Positions 44,672 to 54,124 of a stretch of 64,000 nt of DNA are shown here, in pieces. The position numbers and the translations under genes were made by a program. This stretch comes from Bacilli bacterium. Its GTDB lineage: Bacteria; Bacillota_I; Bacilli_A; RFN20; CAG-826. The notes under the pieces were generated by a model that was given only the letters and a program-made list of their open reading frames with translations, was not told the DNA's origin and did no database searches. Location of the stretch: NCBI GenBank assembly GCA_017429285.1, contig JAFRPF010000041.1, forward strand, positions 2,753 to 66,752. Reading direction: 5' to 3'. How positions within the stretch are numbered: the first letter of the stretch is position 1; each line of letters starts with the position of its first letter.

Positions 44672-45193
44672 ATGATTGATTTTAAAAAGAAAGATAAAAA
44701 ATATTTAATCTTAACTATATTAGTTACCGCTTTAGCGATAGCTTTTAATATTTTTATTGTTGTTCAAGCCTCTTTAAATGGAAGTATGTCCACAAGTTCT
44801 TCTGGTATTGCAGTGAATTTCTTTAAGAGTATTATCAACGCTTTTCATAAAGACGCGATTAACGAATCAAACATTGATACATTTAGACATGTGATAAGAA
44901 AACTTATTGGTCATTTTTCTTTCTTTATGATTAGTGGTTTATTATCTTCTTTAGCCATCCATCTTTCGTCAGTTTATTTAAATAAATATAAATATTGGTA
45001 CGGAATTGTTTTCTCATTATGCTTTGGTCTATTTTTAGCGGGATTAACAGAATTAATACAAAGTTTTATCCCCTCTAGAAGTGGACAAATAAGCGATGTT
45101 TTAATTGATTTTTCCGGTTATATATTAGGAACCGGAATCATCGTTTTGATCGTTTTCTTAGTTATTAGACATCATAAAAAGAAAGTGCAATAA
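44672..45193 (+). CDS. VanZ-family membrane protein
   Basis: 4 TM helices, and ELIQSFIPSRSGQISDVLIDFSGYILG is the VanZ-like signature. Confidence 0.75.
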   Translation: MIDFKKKDKKYLILTILVTALAIAFNIFIVVQASLNGSMSTSSSGIAVNFFKSIINAFHKDAINESNIDTFRHVIRKLIGHFSFFMISGLLSSLAIHLSSVYLNKYKYWYGIVFSLCFGLFLAGLTELIQSFIPSRSGQISDVLIDFSGYILGTGIIVLIVFLVIRHHKKKVQ

Positions 45194-45253
45194 TTGCATT
45201 TTTTCTTTTATATTATCCTTATTTATATATAATATATGCTAGAGGTGCTTTTT

Positions 45254-46447
45254 ATGACACTTAAAGAAATACGCAAAAACTGCAAATTAACTCAACTCGG
45301 TGCGAGTGATGTTGTTGGGATGCCTTTAAGAACTTATGTGATGTATGAAAATGAGGAAGAAAAGGTTGACCAAATTAAATTAGAAGGTATTAAAGATCGT
45401 TTATTAGAATACGCGAGCAAAGATACGACTATCCTTAAAGATAAAGTTTTATTAATTACCGGTGGTACTGGTAGTTTTGGTCACGCTGTTGTTGATAGAT
45501 TTTTAAATACTGATATTAAAGAAATAAGAATTCTTTCTCGTGATGAAAAGAAACAAGATGATATGAGAAAGGATTATAACAATTCAAAACTCAAGTTCTA
45601 TATTGGTGATGTGAGAAATCTCGATTCAATTATTGATGCTTTTAAAGGTGTTGATTATGTCTTCTCTGCCGCCGCACTTAAACAAGTTCCATCATGTGAA
45701 TTCTATCCGATGGAAGCGGTGCGGACCAATGTAATTGGTAGTGATAATGTTATTACCGCTTGTGTGAGAAATCATGTTAAAAAAGCCATCTTCTTATCTA
45801 CAGATAAAGCTGCTTATCCAATTAACGCGATGGGTATTTCTAAAGCCTTAATGGAAAAGAATGTCATTGCGAGAAGTCGACAACTTTTACCTGGAGATAC
45901 GATTTTATGTTTAACTCGTTATGGTAATGTTATGGCCTCTAGAGGTAGTGTTATTCCTTTATTCTTAAATCAAATTCATGAAGGAAAACCAATTACTATC
46001 ACAAATCCTGATATGACTAGATTTATGATGACTTTAGATGATGCGGTTGATCTAGTTTTATATGCCTTTGAACACGGTGAACAAGGTGACTTATTTGTTC
46101 AAAAAGCTCCAGCGGCCACAATTGATACTTTAGCTAAAGCTATTATCGAATTAACTAATAGTAAAACTGGTGTAAGTTATATCGGTACTAGACACGGTGA
46201 AAAATTATATGAAACTTTAATTACTCAAGAAGAGATGATTAAAGCTATTGATTTAGGTAATTTCTTCTGTGTTAAAGCGGATAATCGTGACTTAAATTAT
46301 GATAAATATTTCTCTAAAGGAAATAAGAAATTAAACTTAGGTGAAAGTTATACATCTCATAATACCGGTCGATTAAATGTTGAAGAGATGAAAGCTTTAT
46401 TAAAGAAACTGGAATTATTTGGTGGAGAGGTCAGACAACATGAATAA
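45254..46447 (+). CDS. capE: UDP-GlcNAc 4,6-dehydratase/5-epimerase (CapE/FnlA/WbjB type) with an N-terminal XRE-like HTH extension of about 60 aa
   Basis: From KVLLITGGTGSFG onward it is nearly collinear with S. aureus Cap5E (RILSRDEKKQDDMRKDYNNSKLKFYIGDVR, AAALKQVPSCEF, STDKAAYPINAMGISKA, YGNVMASRGSVIPLF). The N-terminus LKEIRKNCKLTQLGASDVVGMPLRTYVMYENEE looks like an HTH. Confidence 0.9.
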   Translation: MTLKEIRKNCKLTQLGASDVVGMPLRTYVMYENEEEKVDQIKLEGIKDRLLEYASKDTTILKDKVLLITGGTGSFGHAVVDRFLNTDIKEIRILSRDEKKQDDMRKDYNNSKLKFYIGDVRNLDSIIDAFKGVDYVFSAAALKQVPSCEFYPMEAVRTNVIGSDNVITACVRNHVKKAIFLSTDKAAYPINAMGISKALMEKNVIARSRQLLPGDTILCLTRYGNVMASRGSVIPLFLNQIHEGKPITITNPDMTRFMMTLDDAVDLVLYAFEHGEQGDLFVQKAPAATIDTLAKAIIELTNSKTGVSYIGTRHGEKLYETLITQEEMIKAIDLGNFFCVKADNRDLNYDKYFSKGNKKLNLGESYTSHNTGRLNVEEMKALLKKLELFGGEVRQHE

Positions 46448-47567
46448 AAAGAAAATTAAAGTTGTAACTATTATTGGAACTCGTCCAGAAATTATTAGAT
46501 TATCAGAAGTCATCAAAGCTTTAGATAAAGATGAAGAAATAGAACATATTTTAATCCACACCGGACAAAATTATGACTATGAATTAAATCAAGTCTTCTT
46601 TGAAGAATTAGAATTAAGAGCCCCTGATTATTATTTAAATTGCGCGGGAAAACACTTAGGAGAAACGATCGGTAACGCCATTAGTAAATCATATGAATTA
46701 TTAAAAGAACTAAATCCGGATTGTGTCCTTATTCTAGGTGATACAAATTCGGCATTATGTGCGATCAGTGCGAAAAGACTTAAACTTCCTATTTTCCATA
46801 TGGAAGCCGGAAATAGATGTGGTGACTGGAACGTCCCAGAAACTATCAATCGTAAAATTGTTGATCACATTAGTGATATTAATCTTCCTTATACCGAACA
46901 TGCTTATATGAACTTAATGAAAGAAGGAATTGATAAAGAATTCACTTTCATTACTGGTTCACCAATGCTTGAAGTATTAAACGCGAATAATGAGAAAATT
47001 GAAAAAAGTGATGTCTTAAATCAACTCGGCTTAGAAAAAGGTAAATATATTGTGGTCTCTTCTCATAGAGAAGAAAACATTGATATCAAAAAGAATTTTG
47101 ATCAATTATTACCTTCTATAAATGAGATTGCGGAAAAATATCAAATGCCCGTTATTTTCTCCACTCATCCAAGAACTAGAAAAAGACTAGAAGCTAACAA
47201 TTTTAAAATGCATCCATTAGTGAGAAACTTAAAACCTTTAGGTTTCTTAGAATATGTGAAATTGCAAGAAAACGCTTTTATTGTTTTAAGTGATTCTGGA
47301 ACTTTAACTGAAGAAAGTGCGATGAGACATTTCCCAGCGGTGTTAATTAGAACATCTACTGAAAGACCAGAAGGTGTGGAAGCAGGATCAATTATTGTCT
47401 CTGGAATTGATAAAAAAGGCATCATGCTTGCCATTGAAACAGAACTAATGAGATATAAATTTGCAAAAACTCCAGAGAATTATGATGTTAGTGATGTTTC
47501 TTCTAGAGTAGTAAATCATATAAAGAGTAAAATCGACTTAGTAAATAGAGAAATTTGGAAGAAATAA
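46440..47567 (+). CDS. capG: UDP-N-acetylglucosamine 2-epimerase, non-hydrolysing (CapG/FnlC/WbjD type)
   Basis: VVTIIGTRPEIIRLS, HTGQNYD, LGDTNS and HMEAGNR motifs. Overlaps capE by 8 nt. Confidence 0.9.
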   Translation: MNKKKIKVVTIIGTRPEIIRLSEVIKALDKDEEIEHILIHTGQNYDYELNQVFFEELELRAPDYYLNCAGKHLGETIGNAISKSYELLKELNPDCVLILGDTNSALCAISAKRLKLPIFHMEAGNRCGDWNVPETINRKIVDHISDINLPYTEHAYMNLMKEGIDKEFTFITGSPMLEVLNANNEKIEKSDVLNQLGLEKGKYIVVSSHREENIDIKKNFDQLLPSINEIAEKYQMPVIFSTHPRTRKRLEANNFKMHPLVRNLKPLGFLEYVKLQENAFIVLSDSGTLTEESAMRHFPAVLIRTSTERPEGVEAGSIIVSGIDKKGIMLAIETELMRYKFAKTPENYDVSDVSSRVVNHIKSKIDLVNREIWKK

Positions 47568-47568
47568 T

Positions 47569-48669
47569 ATGAATATATTAGTGACTGGTGCTAGTGGCTT
47601 TATTGGCAAACATGTTTGTTTGAAATTACAAAGAAATGATTTCAATGTTTTTAAATATGATGTCGATAATAGCATTGATGAATTAAAGTCCTTCATTAAA
47701 GAAGCCGATTTCATCATTCATTTAGCCGGGATTAATCGTCCTTTAAAAGTCGAAGAATTCTATGATGGAAACACTAATTTCACTAAATTATTAGTGGATT
47801 TAATAAAAGAATCAGGTAGAAATATACCACTAATCATGTCTTCTTCTATTCAAGCGGAACTTGATAATGATTATGGCAAAAGTAAAAAAATGGGAGAAGA
47901 TTATTTATTGTCTTCAAACTTACCAGTTTACATCTATCGCTTATATAACGTTTTCGGAAAGTGGTGTAGACCAAATTATAATTCCGCTTGCGCGACTTTC
48001 TGTTATAACATCGCTCACGATGAAGAAATTTATATTAGAGACAGGGAATATGTCGTGAAATTCAACTATGTTGAAGATATTGTTGATGAATTCATAAGTG
48101 TTATAAATAGCAAAAATCATAAAGGAAGTAAAGACATCTTGTATGTTAAACCTATCTATGAATGTTCTTTAGGTAAGCTCGCGGATTTGCTTTATTATTT
48201 CAAAGGCGAAATAGAATCGATTAGACACTTGCCAATCCTTCATAATGAATTTGAATTTAAGTTATTTAAAACTTTCTGCGATTATTTATCAGAACAAGAA
48301 TATGGATTCAATTTCGCTTGCGATAATCGTGGCAGCTTTGAAGAATTATATAAGTCGAAGAAGTGGGGTCAGATAAGTGATAATGTCGCTTATCCAGGAA
48401 TCACTAAAGGTGGTCATTATCATACTTATAAAAAAGAAATCTTTTATACCGTTATTGGTAAATCAGAAATTATTCAAAGAAATATAAAAGATAATGATAT
48501 CATCAAAGATGTCGTGGACGGAAATGATCCGAAATTAGTGGATATCATCCCTTATTACACACATCAAATTACTAATATTGGTGATGTTAACACGCACACA
48601 ATTATGTGGATTAGTGAAATATATAATCCAGTAACGCATGATACATATCGTGAAGAAGTGGTGAAATAA
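47569..48669 (+). CDS. capF: CapF/FnlB/WbjC-type bifunctional reductase (SDR domain + C-terminal cupin)
   Basis: ILVTGASGFIGKH Rossmann motif, a length of 366 aa, and a C-terminal cupin-like segment GITKGGHYHTYK...W. Its position next to the capE and capG homologs supports the call. Confidence 0.85.
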   Translation: MNILVTGASGFIGKHVCLKLQRNDFNVFKYDVDNSIDELKSFIKEADFIIHLAGINRPLKVEEFYDGNTNFTKLLVDLIKESGRNIPLIMSSSIQAELDNDYGKSKKMGEDYLLSSNLPVYIYRLYNVFGKWCRPNYNSACATFCYNIAHDEEIYIRDREYVVKFNYVEDIVDEFISVINSKNHKGSKDILYVKPIYECSLGKLADLLYYFKGEIESIRHLPILHNEFEFKLFKTFCDYLSEQEYGFNFACDNRGSFEELYKSKKWGQISDNVAYPGITKGGHYHTYKKEIFYTVIGKSEIIQRNIKDNDIIKDVVDGNDPKLVDIIPYYTHQITNIGDVNTHTIMWISEIYNPVTHDTYREEVVK

Positions 48670-48678
48670 CCACTTTTT

Positions 48679-48700
48679 CTCTTTTTAAAAAGAGATTTTT
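48679..48700 (+). terminator. Intrinsic terminator after capF
   Basis: TCTCTTTTT / AAAAAGAGA palindrome followed by TTTTT. Confidence 0.6.
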
Positions 48701-48733
48701 CCCATATCATAATTGTTGAGGAGTTTAATTATT

Positions 48734-49234
48734 ATGAAACAATTAATCGTTTATTTCTCTCGTGTTGGAGAAAATTCTGTCAACGGACAAATCGAAGTTA
48801 TTGAAAAAGGCTACACTGAAATTCTCGCTGAAAAGATTCAAAAAATAACCGGCGCTGAAATGTGGAAATTAGAGCCTGAAGAACCTTATCCATTTAATTA
48901 TCAAGAATGCGTTAAAAGAGCGAATTCTGAAGGATGGGTCAAATATTTTAATAAAATTGAATCTTTAGATGAATATGATGTTATCTTTTTAGGATTCCCA
49001 AACTGGTATAGAAGTTATCCAAGAATTGTCGCTACCTTTATTAAAGACCATAACTTCTTTGGTAAGGTGATCGTTCCATTCTGTACGAATGAAGAAGGAG
49101 CGATGGGTTTTGCAGAAAGCGAACTTAAATCATCTGCGAAAGGCGCGATTGTTAAAACTGGTTTTGCTTGCCGTGGATATGACGCTGAAAAAAGCGATGA
49201 AGCTTTAAAGGCTTGGTTAGGCAAGGTTTTATAA
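48734..49234 (+). CDS. Flavodoxin-family protein
   Basis: MKQLIVYFSRVGEN start and FLGFPNWY motif. GAGGAG lies upstream of ATG 48734. Confidence 0.7.
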   Translation: MKQLIVYFSRVGENSVNGQIEVIEKGYTEILAEKIQKITGAEMWKLEPEEPYPFNYQECVKRANSEGWVKYFNKIESLDEYDVIFLGFPNWYRSYPRIVATFIKDHNFFGKVIVPFCTNEEGAMGFAESELKSSAKGAIVKTGFACRGYDAEKSDEALKAWLGKVL

Positions 49235-49235
49235 T

Positions 49236-51032
49236 ATGAAGAAACTTACAAACGAATTATATTATGTCGGCGTGAATGACCATCAAGTCGACTTATTTGA
49301 AGGTCAATATGTCGTTCCTAATGGAATGGCTTATAATTCCTATGTCATCAAAGATGAATTAATTGCTGTTATGGATACAGTGGACGTTCATTTCTTCGAT
49401 GAATGGATGAAAAACATTAAAGAAGTATTAGGGGAACAAAAACCACATTACTTAGTGGTTCAACATATGGAACCTGATCACTCCGCGAATATTATGAGAT
49501 TCTTAAGTGTTTATCCAGACACATTTGTGATTGGAAATGCAAAGACATTTAAGATGATGGAGCAATTCTTCCACGAAGAAGTAAAACATAAATTAGTGGT
49601 TAATGATATGGATACATTAAATTTAGGCAAACATACATTAACATTTATCTTTGCACCTATGGTGCACTGGCCAGAAGTTATGGTGACTTATGATAGTCAT
49701 GATAAGACTTTATTCTCTGCGGATGGATTTGGTAAATTCGGAGCTTTGGATGTTATAGAAGATTGGGCTTGTGAAGCGAGAAGATATTATATCGGTATCG
49801 TTGGTAAATACGGCATGCAAGTTCAAGCTTTACTAAAGAAAGCGGCAACATTAGATATTCAAAGAATATGCCCATTACATGGTCCTATCTTAGATAAAGA
49901 TTTAGGATATTATTTAAATCTCTATGATATTTGGTCTTCTTATAGAAGTGAAACTGATGGTGTCGCTATTTTCTATACATCAGTCTATGGTCACACTAAA
50001 GAAGCAGCGGAACTTTTAGCTAGGAAAATAGAAGAAAAAGGCTGCCCAAAGATTGCGTTAAATGATTTAGCGAGAAGTGATTTAGCGGAATGTGTTGAAG
50101 ATGCTTTTAGATATTCTAAGATTGTTTTAGCGACAACCACTTATAACGCTTCTATCTTCCCGTTCATGAATAATTTCATTGAACATTTAGTGGAAAGAAA
50201 TTTCCAAAATAAAGTCATCGGTATTATTGAAAACGGCACTTGGTTCCCACAAGCGGCGAAAGTGATGAAAGAAAAATTATCAGGATGTAAGAATTTAAAT
50301 ATTCTTTCTCCAGTAGTTACTATCAATTCTTCTTTAGAAGAAAAATCTTTAGAACAACTTGAAAAACTCGCCAATTCATTAACGGAAGAATATCAAGCTA
50401 GAAAAGAGATTATAGAAGAAAAAGAAGTATCATTTGATAAGACAGCTTTATTTAAAATTGAATACGGCTTATATGTTGTCACTTCTAATGATGGCAAAAA
50501 AGATAACGGTTTGGTAGTTAACACAGTTACACAGTTAACTGACACTCCATTTAGAGTAGCGGTCAATGTTAACAAGGCCAACTATTCTCATGATGTTATT
50601 AAGAAAACTAAAAAACTCAATGTTAATATCTTAAGCCAAGACACAACCTTTGATGTGATTAAGAAATATGGTTTTGTTTCTGGCAGAGATGTTAATAAAT
50701 TTGAAGGTGAAGAAGTCACTAGAAGTAATAACGGCTTAGTGATTTTACCAGATCATGTTAATGCTTTCTTATCTTTAGAAGTGGAAGAATATGTCGATTT
50801 AGGAACTCATGGCATGTTTATCTGCTTGGTGAAAGAAGCCAAGAAACTAAACAACAATCCAACACTTACCTATAATTACTATCAAAGTAATGTCAAACCA
50901 AAACCAGAAGAGAAGAAAAAAGGTTATGTTTGCAAAGTTTGTGGTTATGTCTATGAAGGTGATGAACTTCCAGAAGATTTTATCTGCCCACTTTGTAAAC
51001 ACGGCGCTTCCGATTTTGAAAAAATCGAATAA
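49236..51032 (+). CDS. Four-domain flavodiiron protein: metallo-beta-lactamase diiron core + flavodoxin + flavin-reductase-like + rubredoxin
   Basis: VVQHMEPDHSAN provides the HxExDH diiron ligands. VAIFYTSVYGHTKEAAE marks the flavodoxin domain. GLYVVTSNDGKKDNGLVVNTV marks the Flavin_Reduct domain. YVCKVCGYVYEG...FICPLCKHG marks the rubredoxin. Confidence 0.9.
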   Translation: MKKLTNELYYVGVNDHQVDLFEGQYVVPNGMAYNSYVIKDELIAVMDTVDVHFFDEWMKNIKEVLGEQKPHYLVVQHMEPDHSANIMRFLSVYPDTFVIGNAKTFKMMEQFFHEEVKHKLVVNDMDTLNLGKHTLTFIFAPMVHWPEVMVTYDSHDKTLFSADGFGKFGALDVIEDWACEARRYYIGIVGKYGMQVQALLKKAATLDIQRICPLHGPILDKDLGYYLNLYDIWSSYRSETDGVAIFYTSVYGHTKEAAELLARKIEEKGCPKIALNDLARSDLAECVEDAFRYSKIVLATTTYNASIFPFMNNFIEHLVERNFQNKVIGIIENGTWFPQAAKVMKEKLSGCKNLNILSPVVTINSSLEEKSLEQLEKLANSLTEEYQARKEIIEEKEVSFDKTALFKIEYGLYVVTSNDGKKDNGLVVNTVTQLTDTPFRVAVNVNKANYSHDVIKKTKKLNVNILSQDTTFDVIKKYGFVSGRDVNKFEGEEVTRSNNGLVILPDHVNAFLSLEVEEYVDLGTHGMFICLVKEAKKLNNNPTLTYNYYQSNVKPKPEEKKKGYVCKVCGYVYEGDELPEDFICPLCKHGASDFEKIE

Positions 51033-51034
51033 CC

Positions 51035-51901
51035 ATGCAAATCCCATCTAAAATAGGTCAATTTAAAAGATATATATCTTCTCCTAGTAGCATGAAATAC
51101 GGCTACTATTATGAGAGTGTTTTCACTTTACCCTTCTCTAAAGAGAATAAAAGAAAGGTTAGAGTGTGGCTACCTGAAGATTATGAATTTAATAACCCCG
51201 ATAAAAGATATCCAGTCATCTATATGAGTGATGGACAAAATCTAGTTGATAGATATTTATCTGCTTATGGTGAATGGGAACTCGATAAAACCGTTCATAA
51301 ATTGATGAAAGAAGGTTTATCAGGCGTTATTACAGTGGGTATAGATTGTCCAAAGACTCCTTTAGAAAGAACAAAAGAATTATGTCCACCTTATAAACCG
51401 AGAAATATGGTTTTTAAAAATGAAGGTGGTAAGTTTGTTTCTTATGCAGATAAATATGTGGACTTTTTCGCTAACGAACTAAAACCAATTATTGATGATC
51501 TATTCTTTACAATTAGTGATAAAGAACACACCGCTGTTGGTGGATCATCGATGGGTGGAATCATGGCTTTTTATGCTTATATTTATCGTCCAGACATTTT
51601 CGGATTTTCCTTATCTTTCTCCCCAGCTTTCTTCTTTTATAGCAAGAATCGTTGGAAGGAAATAATGGATGAATACGATATAAATGTCGATAAAAACGGA
51701 AAATTATTCCTATATGTTGGTGGAAAAGAATTTGAAAAGATCTTCTTAGCGCCTACTTATAATACCTATACATACCTCTTAAAAAGAGGATTTACTAACG
51801 AGCAATTATCTATGATAATTGACACTAGTGAGATTCATCATGAAGCAGCCTGGGCTAAATACCTTAATGAGGGACTAAGATTTTGGCTAAAAAATCTATA
51901 A
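51035..51901 (+). CDS. Esterase-family alpha/beta hydrolase (PF00756-like)
   Basis: YPVIYMSDGQN and the nucleophile elbow GGSSMGG. Confidence 0.7.
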   Translation: MQIPSKIGQFKRYISSPSSMKYGYYYESVFTLPFSKENKRKVRVWLPEDYEFNNPDKRYPVIYMSDGQNLVDRYLSAYGEWELDKTVHKLMKEGLSGVITVGIDCPKTPLERTKELCPPYKPRNMVFKNEGGKFVSYADKYVDFFANELKPIIDDLFFTISDKEHTAVGGSSMGGIMAFYAYIYRPDIFGFSLSFSPAFFFYSKNRWKEIMDEYDINVDKNGKLFLYVGGKEFEKIFLAPTYNTYTYLLKRGFTNEQLSMIIDTSEIHHEAAWAKYLNEGLRFWLKNL

Positions 51902-51922
51902 AAAAATTTTAATCAATAAAGG

Positions 51923-51946
51923 GATATGCGAAGCATATCTTTTTTT
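51923..51946 (+). terminator. Intrinsic terminator after the esterase gene
   Basis: GATATGC-GAA-GCATATC followed by TTTTTTT. Confidence 0.8.
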
Positions 51947-51956
51947 ATCATTCCTC

Positions 51957-51984
51957 TTGACAATATTTTAAAAAGGTCTAATAT
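51957..51984 (+). promoter_or_regulatory. Sigma-70/SigA-type promoter candidate
   Basis: Perfect -35 TTGACA (51957-51962), a 16-nt spacer, and -10 TAATAT (51979-51984). AGGAGG lies upstream of ATG 52052. Confidence 0.5.
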
Positions 51985-52051
51985 AAAGGTCTCAAATATA
52001 AGTGCCCCGTCCTTGGCAAGACGTTAAAAGGCTATTAGGAGGTACTTATAT

Positions 52052-52285
52052 ATGAAATACTATACATTAGAAACAATTAATAACGGCCACGCCGCTACAA
52101 TATCAAAACAATTCCATACCAGAGATGAAGCGATTAACTATGCGTTCGCTTACTTTGAACATAAATATTTAAACGAAAATATCGCTTTAACTGATGAATT
52201 TGAAATTGGTGATAACAAGCATAACGTTGAATATGTTTTAGACTATAAGAATAGATTTAGAATTAATCGTGTTCAATTAGCTTAA
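52052..52285 (+). CDS. Hypothetical small protein (77 aa)
   Basis: Strong SD and promoter. I recognise no family. Confidence 0.5.
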   Translation: MKYYTLETINNGHAATISKQFHTRDEAINYAFAYFEHKYLNENIALTDEFEIGDNKHNVEYVLDYKNRFRINRVQLA

Positions 52286-52331
52286 CATTTCCTTGAAATG
52301 ATAATATAGATTTTATTATTCTATTATTGTT

Positions 52332-53042
52332 ATGTATCAGAAGAAATTTTTTATTGGTAGCAATGATGTAGATCAGTTTTTAGATTTAAAATTACCGGTC
52401 TTTTTCCGTATGATGCAAGATGTTGCTACGGAACATGCAGAAGTTTTAAATATTGGAAAAAGTGAAACTATCGATAAAGGTTTATATTGGGTTATTACTC
52501 GTATTGAACTTGAAATATTAAAGATGCCAAAATATCTTTCCACAGTGGTCTTAAAGACTTACCCTGGTGAAGATAAGAAATTTATCTTTCCAAGATATTT
52601 TCAAATGGAAGATGAAAAAGGTAATGTTTTAATTAAAGCTAGTTCAACATGGATGGTCATTAATAGAGAAAAACATAATGTATGTTTAAAACCATTTGAA
52701 GGTAAAACCTTGCCAGAAGAACATATAGACGGTGAACTTGAATTACCACATAAAGTAGTAACTGATGAAGTCACTTTAGTGGAAGAAAGAAAAGTGAGAT
52801 ATGGCGATATCGATCTAAACGGTCATCTTAATAACACTAAATATATCGATTATATTGTCGACACTCACGATAGTGATTTTTATAAAACTCATCAGATCTC
52901 CCATTTTTTGATCAATTATGAAAAAGAATTAAAAGATAACAATGTTTTATCCCTTTATTCTAATCATAAAAATCCTGAATATATAAAAGGAGAAGTGGAA
53001 GGTACTTCTTTTGAAGCTAATATCACTTATAAAACTAGATAA
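52332..53042 (+). CDS. Acyl-ACP thioesterase
   Basis: Double hot-dog layout. SNDVDQFLDLKLPVFFRMMQDVATEHA and YGDIDLNGHLNNTKY are typical of the PF01643 family. Confidence 0.75.
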   Translation: MYQKKFFIGSNDVDQFLDLKLPVFFRMMQDVATEHAEVLNIGKSETIDKGLYWVITRIELEILKMPKYLSTVVLKTYPGEDKKFIFPRYFQMEDEKGNVLIKASSTWMVINREKHNVCLKPFEGKTLPEEHIDGELELPHKVVTDEVTLVEERKVRYGDIDLNGHLNNTKYIDYIVDTHDSDFYKTHQISHFLINYEKELKDNNVLSLYSNHKNPEYIKGEVEGTSFEANITYKTR

Positions 53043-54106
53043 TGAAAAGAATAGCGATCGTTGGTGGTGGTATTTCTGGTTGCTTCGCCGCAATTAGGAT
53101 TAAAGAAAAACATAATGACTATATAGTTGATATCTTTGAGCATAACGATAAACTCTTAAAAAAGATTTACGCTACTGGAAATGGAAAATGTAATTTCGCT
53201 AATTCAGAAGCTATTAATAACCAATATAACGATAAATTCGCTAACGAGATTGTTTCTTCATTTAATTATGAAGAGATTATTAAATACTTTAAATCCATTG
53301 GTGTGGAATCAAAAAACATCAATAGTTTAATTTATCCATATAGCGAGTCCGCGGAAACTGTTGCTTATTTTTTAAATAAGAGAATTAAAGAATTAAACAT
53401 CAATATTCACCTATCAATAGAAGTAAAAGATTATCAAAACGGCCAATTATTGACCGATAGAGGAACTTTTAAATACGATTCATTAATTATTTCAGTGGGC
53501 GGAAAATCGTCTCCTAAACTCGGTAGTAACGGTGTTTTCTGGGATGTTTTATTAAAACATGGTTATGAAATTAAAAAAGAATCACCATCTTTATGCCCGA
53601 TTAAAACAAAAGAAAATACCCATCTTGTGGATGGCTTAAGACACAAAGTGGATGTTTGTTTATATCAAGGTAAAAAGCTCATTCATGAAGAGTCTGGAGA
53701 ATTATTGTTTAAAAAAGATGGTTTAAGTGGCATGGTCATATTTAATATGAGTCATTACATAAACTGTTTAGATAATAAAAAAGATGTCACTTTACATATT
53801 GATTTTGCTAAAGGTAAGTCAGGAGATTATGAGTCTTTATTAAATCCAAAATTAGCCAAATATCTTTTAGATAATAAATTAGATATTCATAACACCATTT
53901 TTACTTTTAAAGATTTCTACGGCTTTGATAATAGTCAAGTAACTAGTGGAGGAGTTATTTTATCTAACTTAAATAAAGATCTTTCCAGCAAGAAAGAAAA
54001 TAATATTTATTTTATTGGTGAAGTTATTAATATCGACGCGATCTGCGGTGGCTATAACATCATGTGGGCTTTTTCTAGCGCTGAAAAAGTCGCGGAAAGT
54101 ATTTAA
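53042..54106 (+). CDS. HI0933-like / aminoacetone-oxidase-family FAD-binding protein
   Basis: IAIVGGGISGCFAA dinucleotide fold, TGNGKCN, and the C-terminal GEVINIDAICGGYN motif. Confidence 0.75.
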   Translation: MKRIAIVGGGISGCFAAIRIKEKHNDYIVDIFEHNDKLLKKIYATGNGKCNFANSEAINNQYNDKFANEIVSSFNYEEIIKYFKSIGVESKNINSLIYPYSESAETVAYFLNKRIKELNINIHLSIEVKDYQNGQLLTDRGTFKYDSLIISVGGKSSPKLGSNGVFWDVLLKHGYEIKKESPSLCPIKTKENTHLVDGLRHKVDVCLYQGKKLIHEESGELLFKKDGLSGMVIFNMSHYINCLDNKKDVTLHIDFAKGKSGDYESLLNPKLAKYLLDNKLDIHNTIFTFKDFYGFDNSQVTSGGVILSNLNKDLSSKKENNIYFIGEVINIDAICGGYNIMWAFSSAEKVAESI

Positions 54107-54124
54107 AAAGCACCGAAGTGCTTT
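54107..54124. terminator. Bidirectional hairpin between convergent genes
   Basis: AAAGCAC-CGAA-GTGCTTT. Confidence 0.55.
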
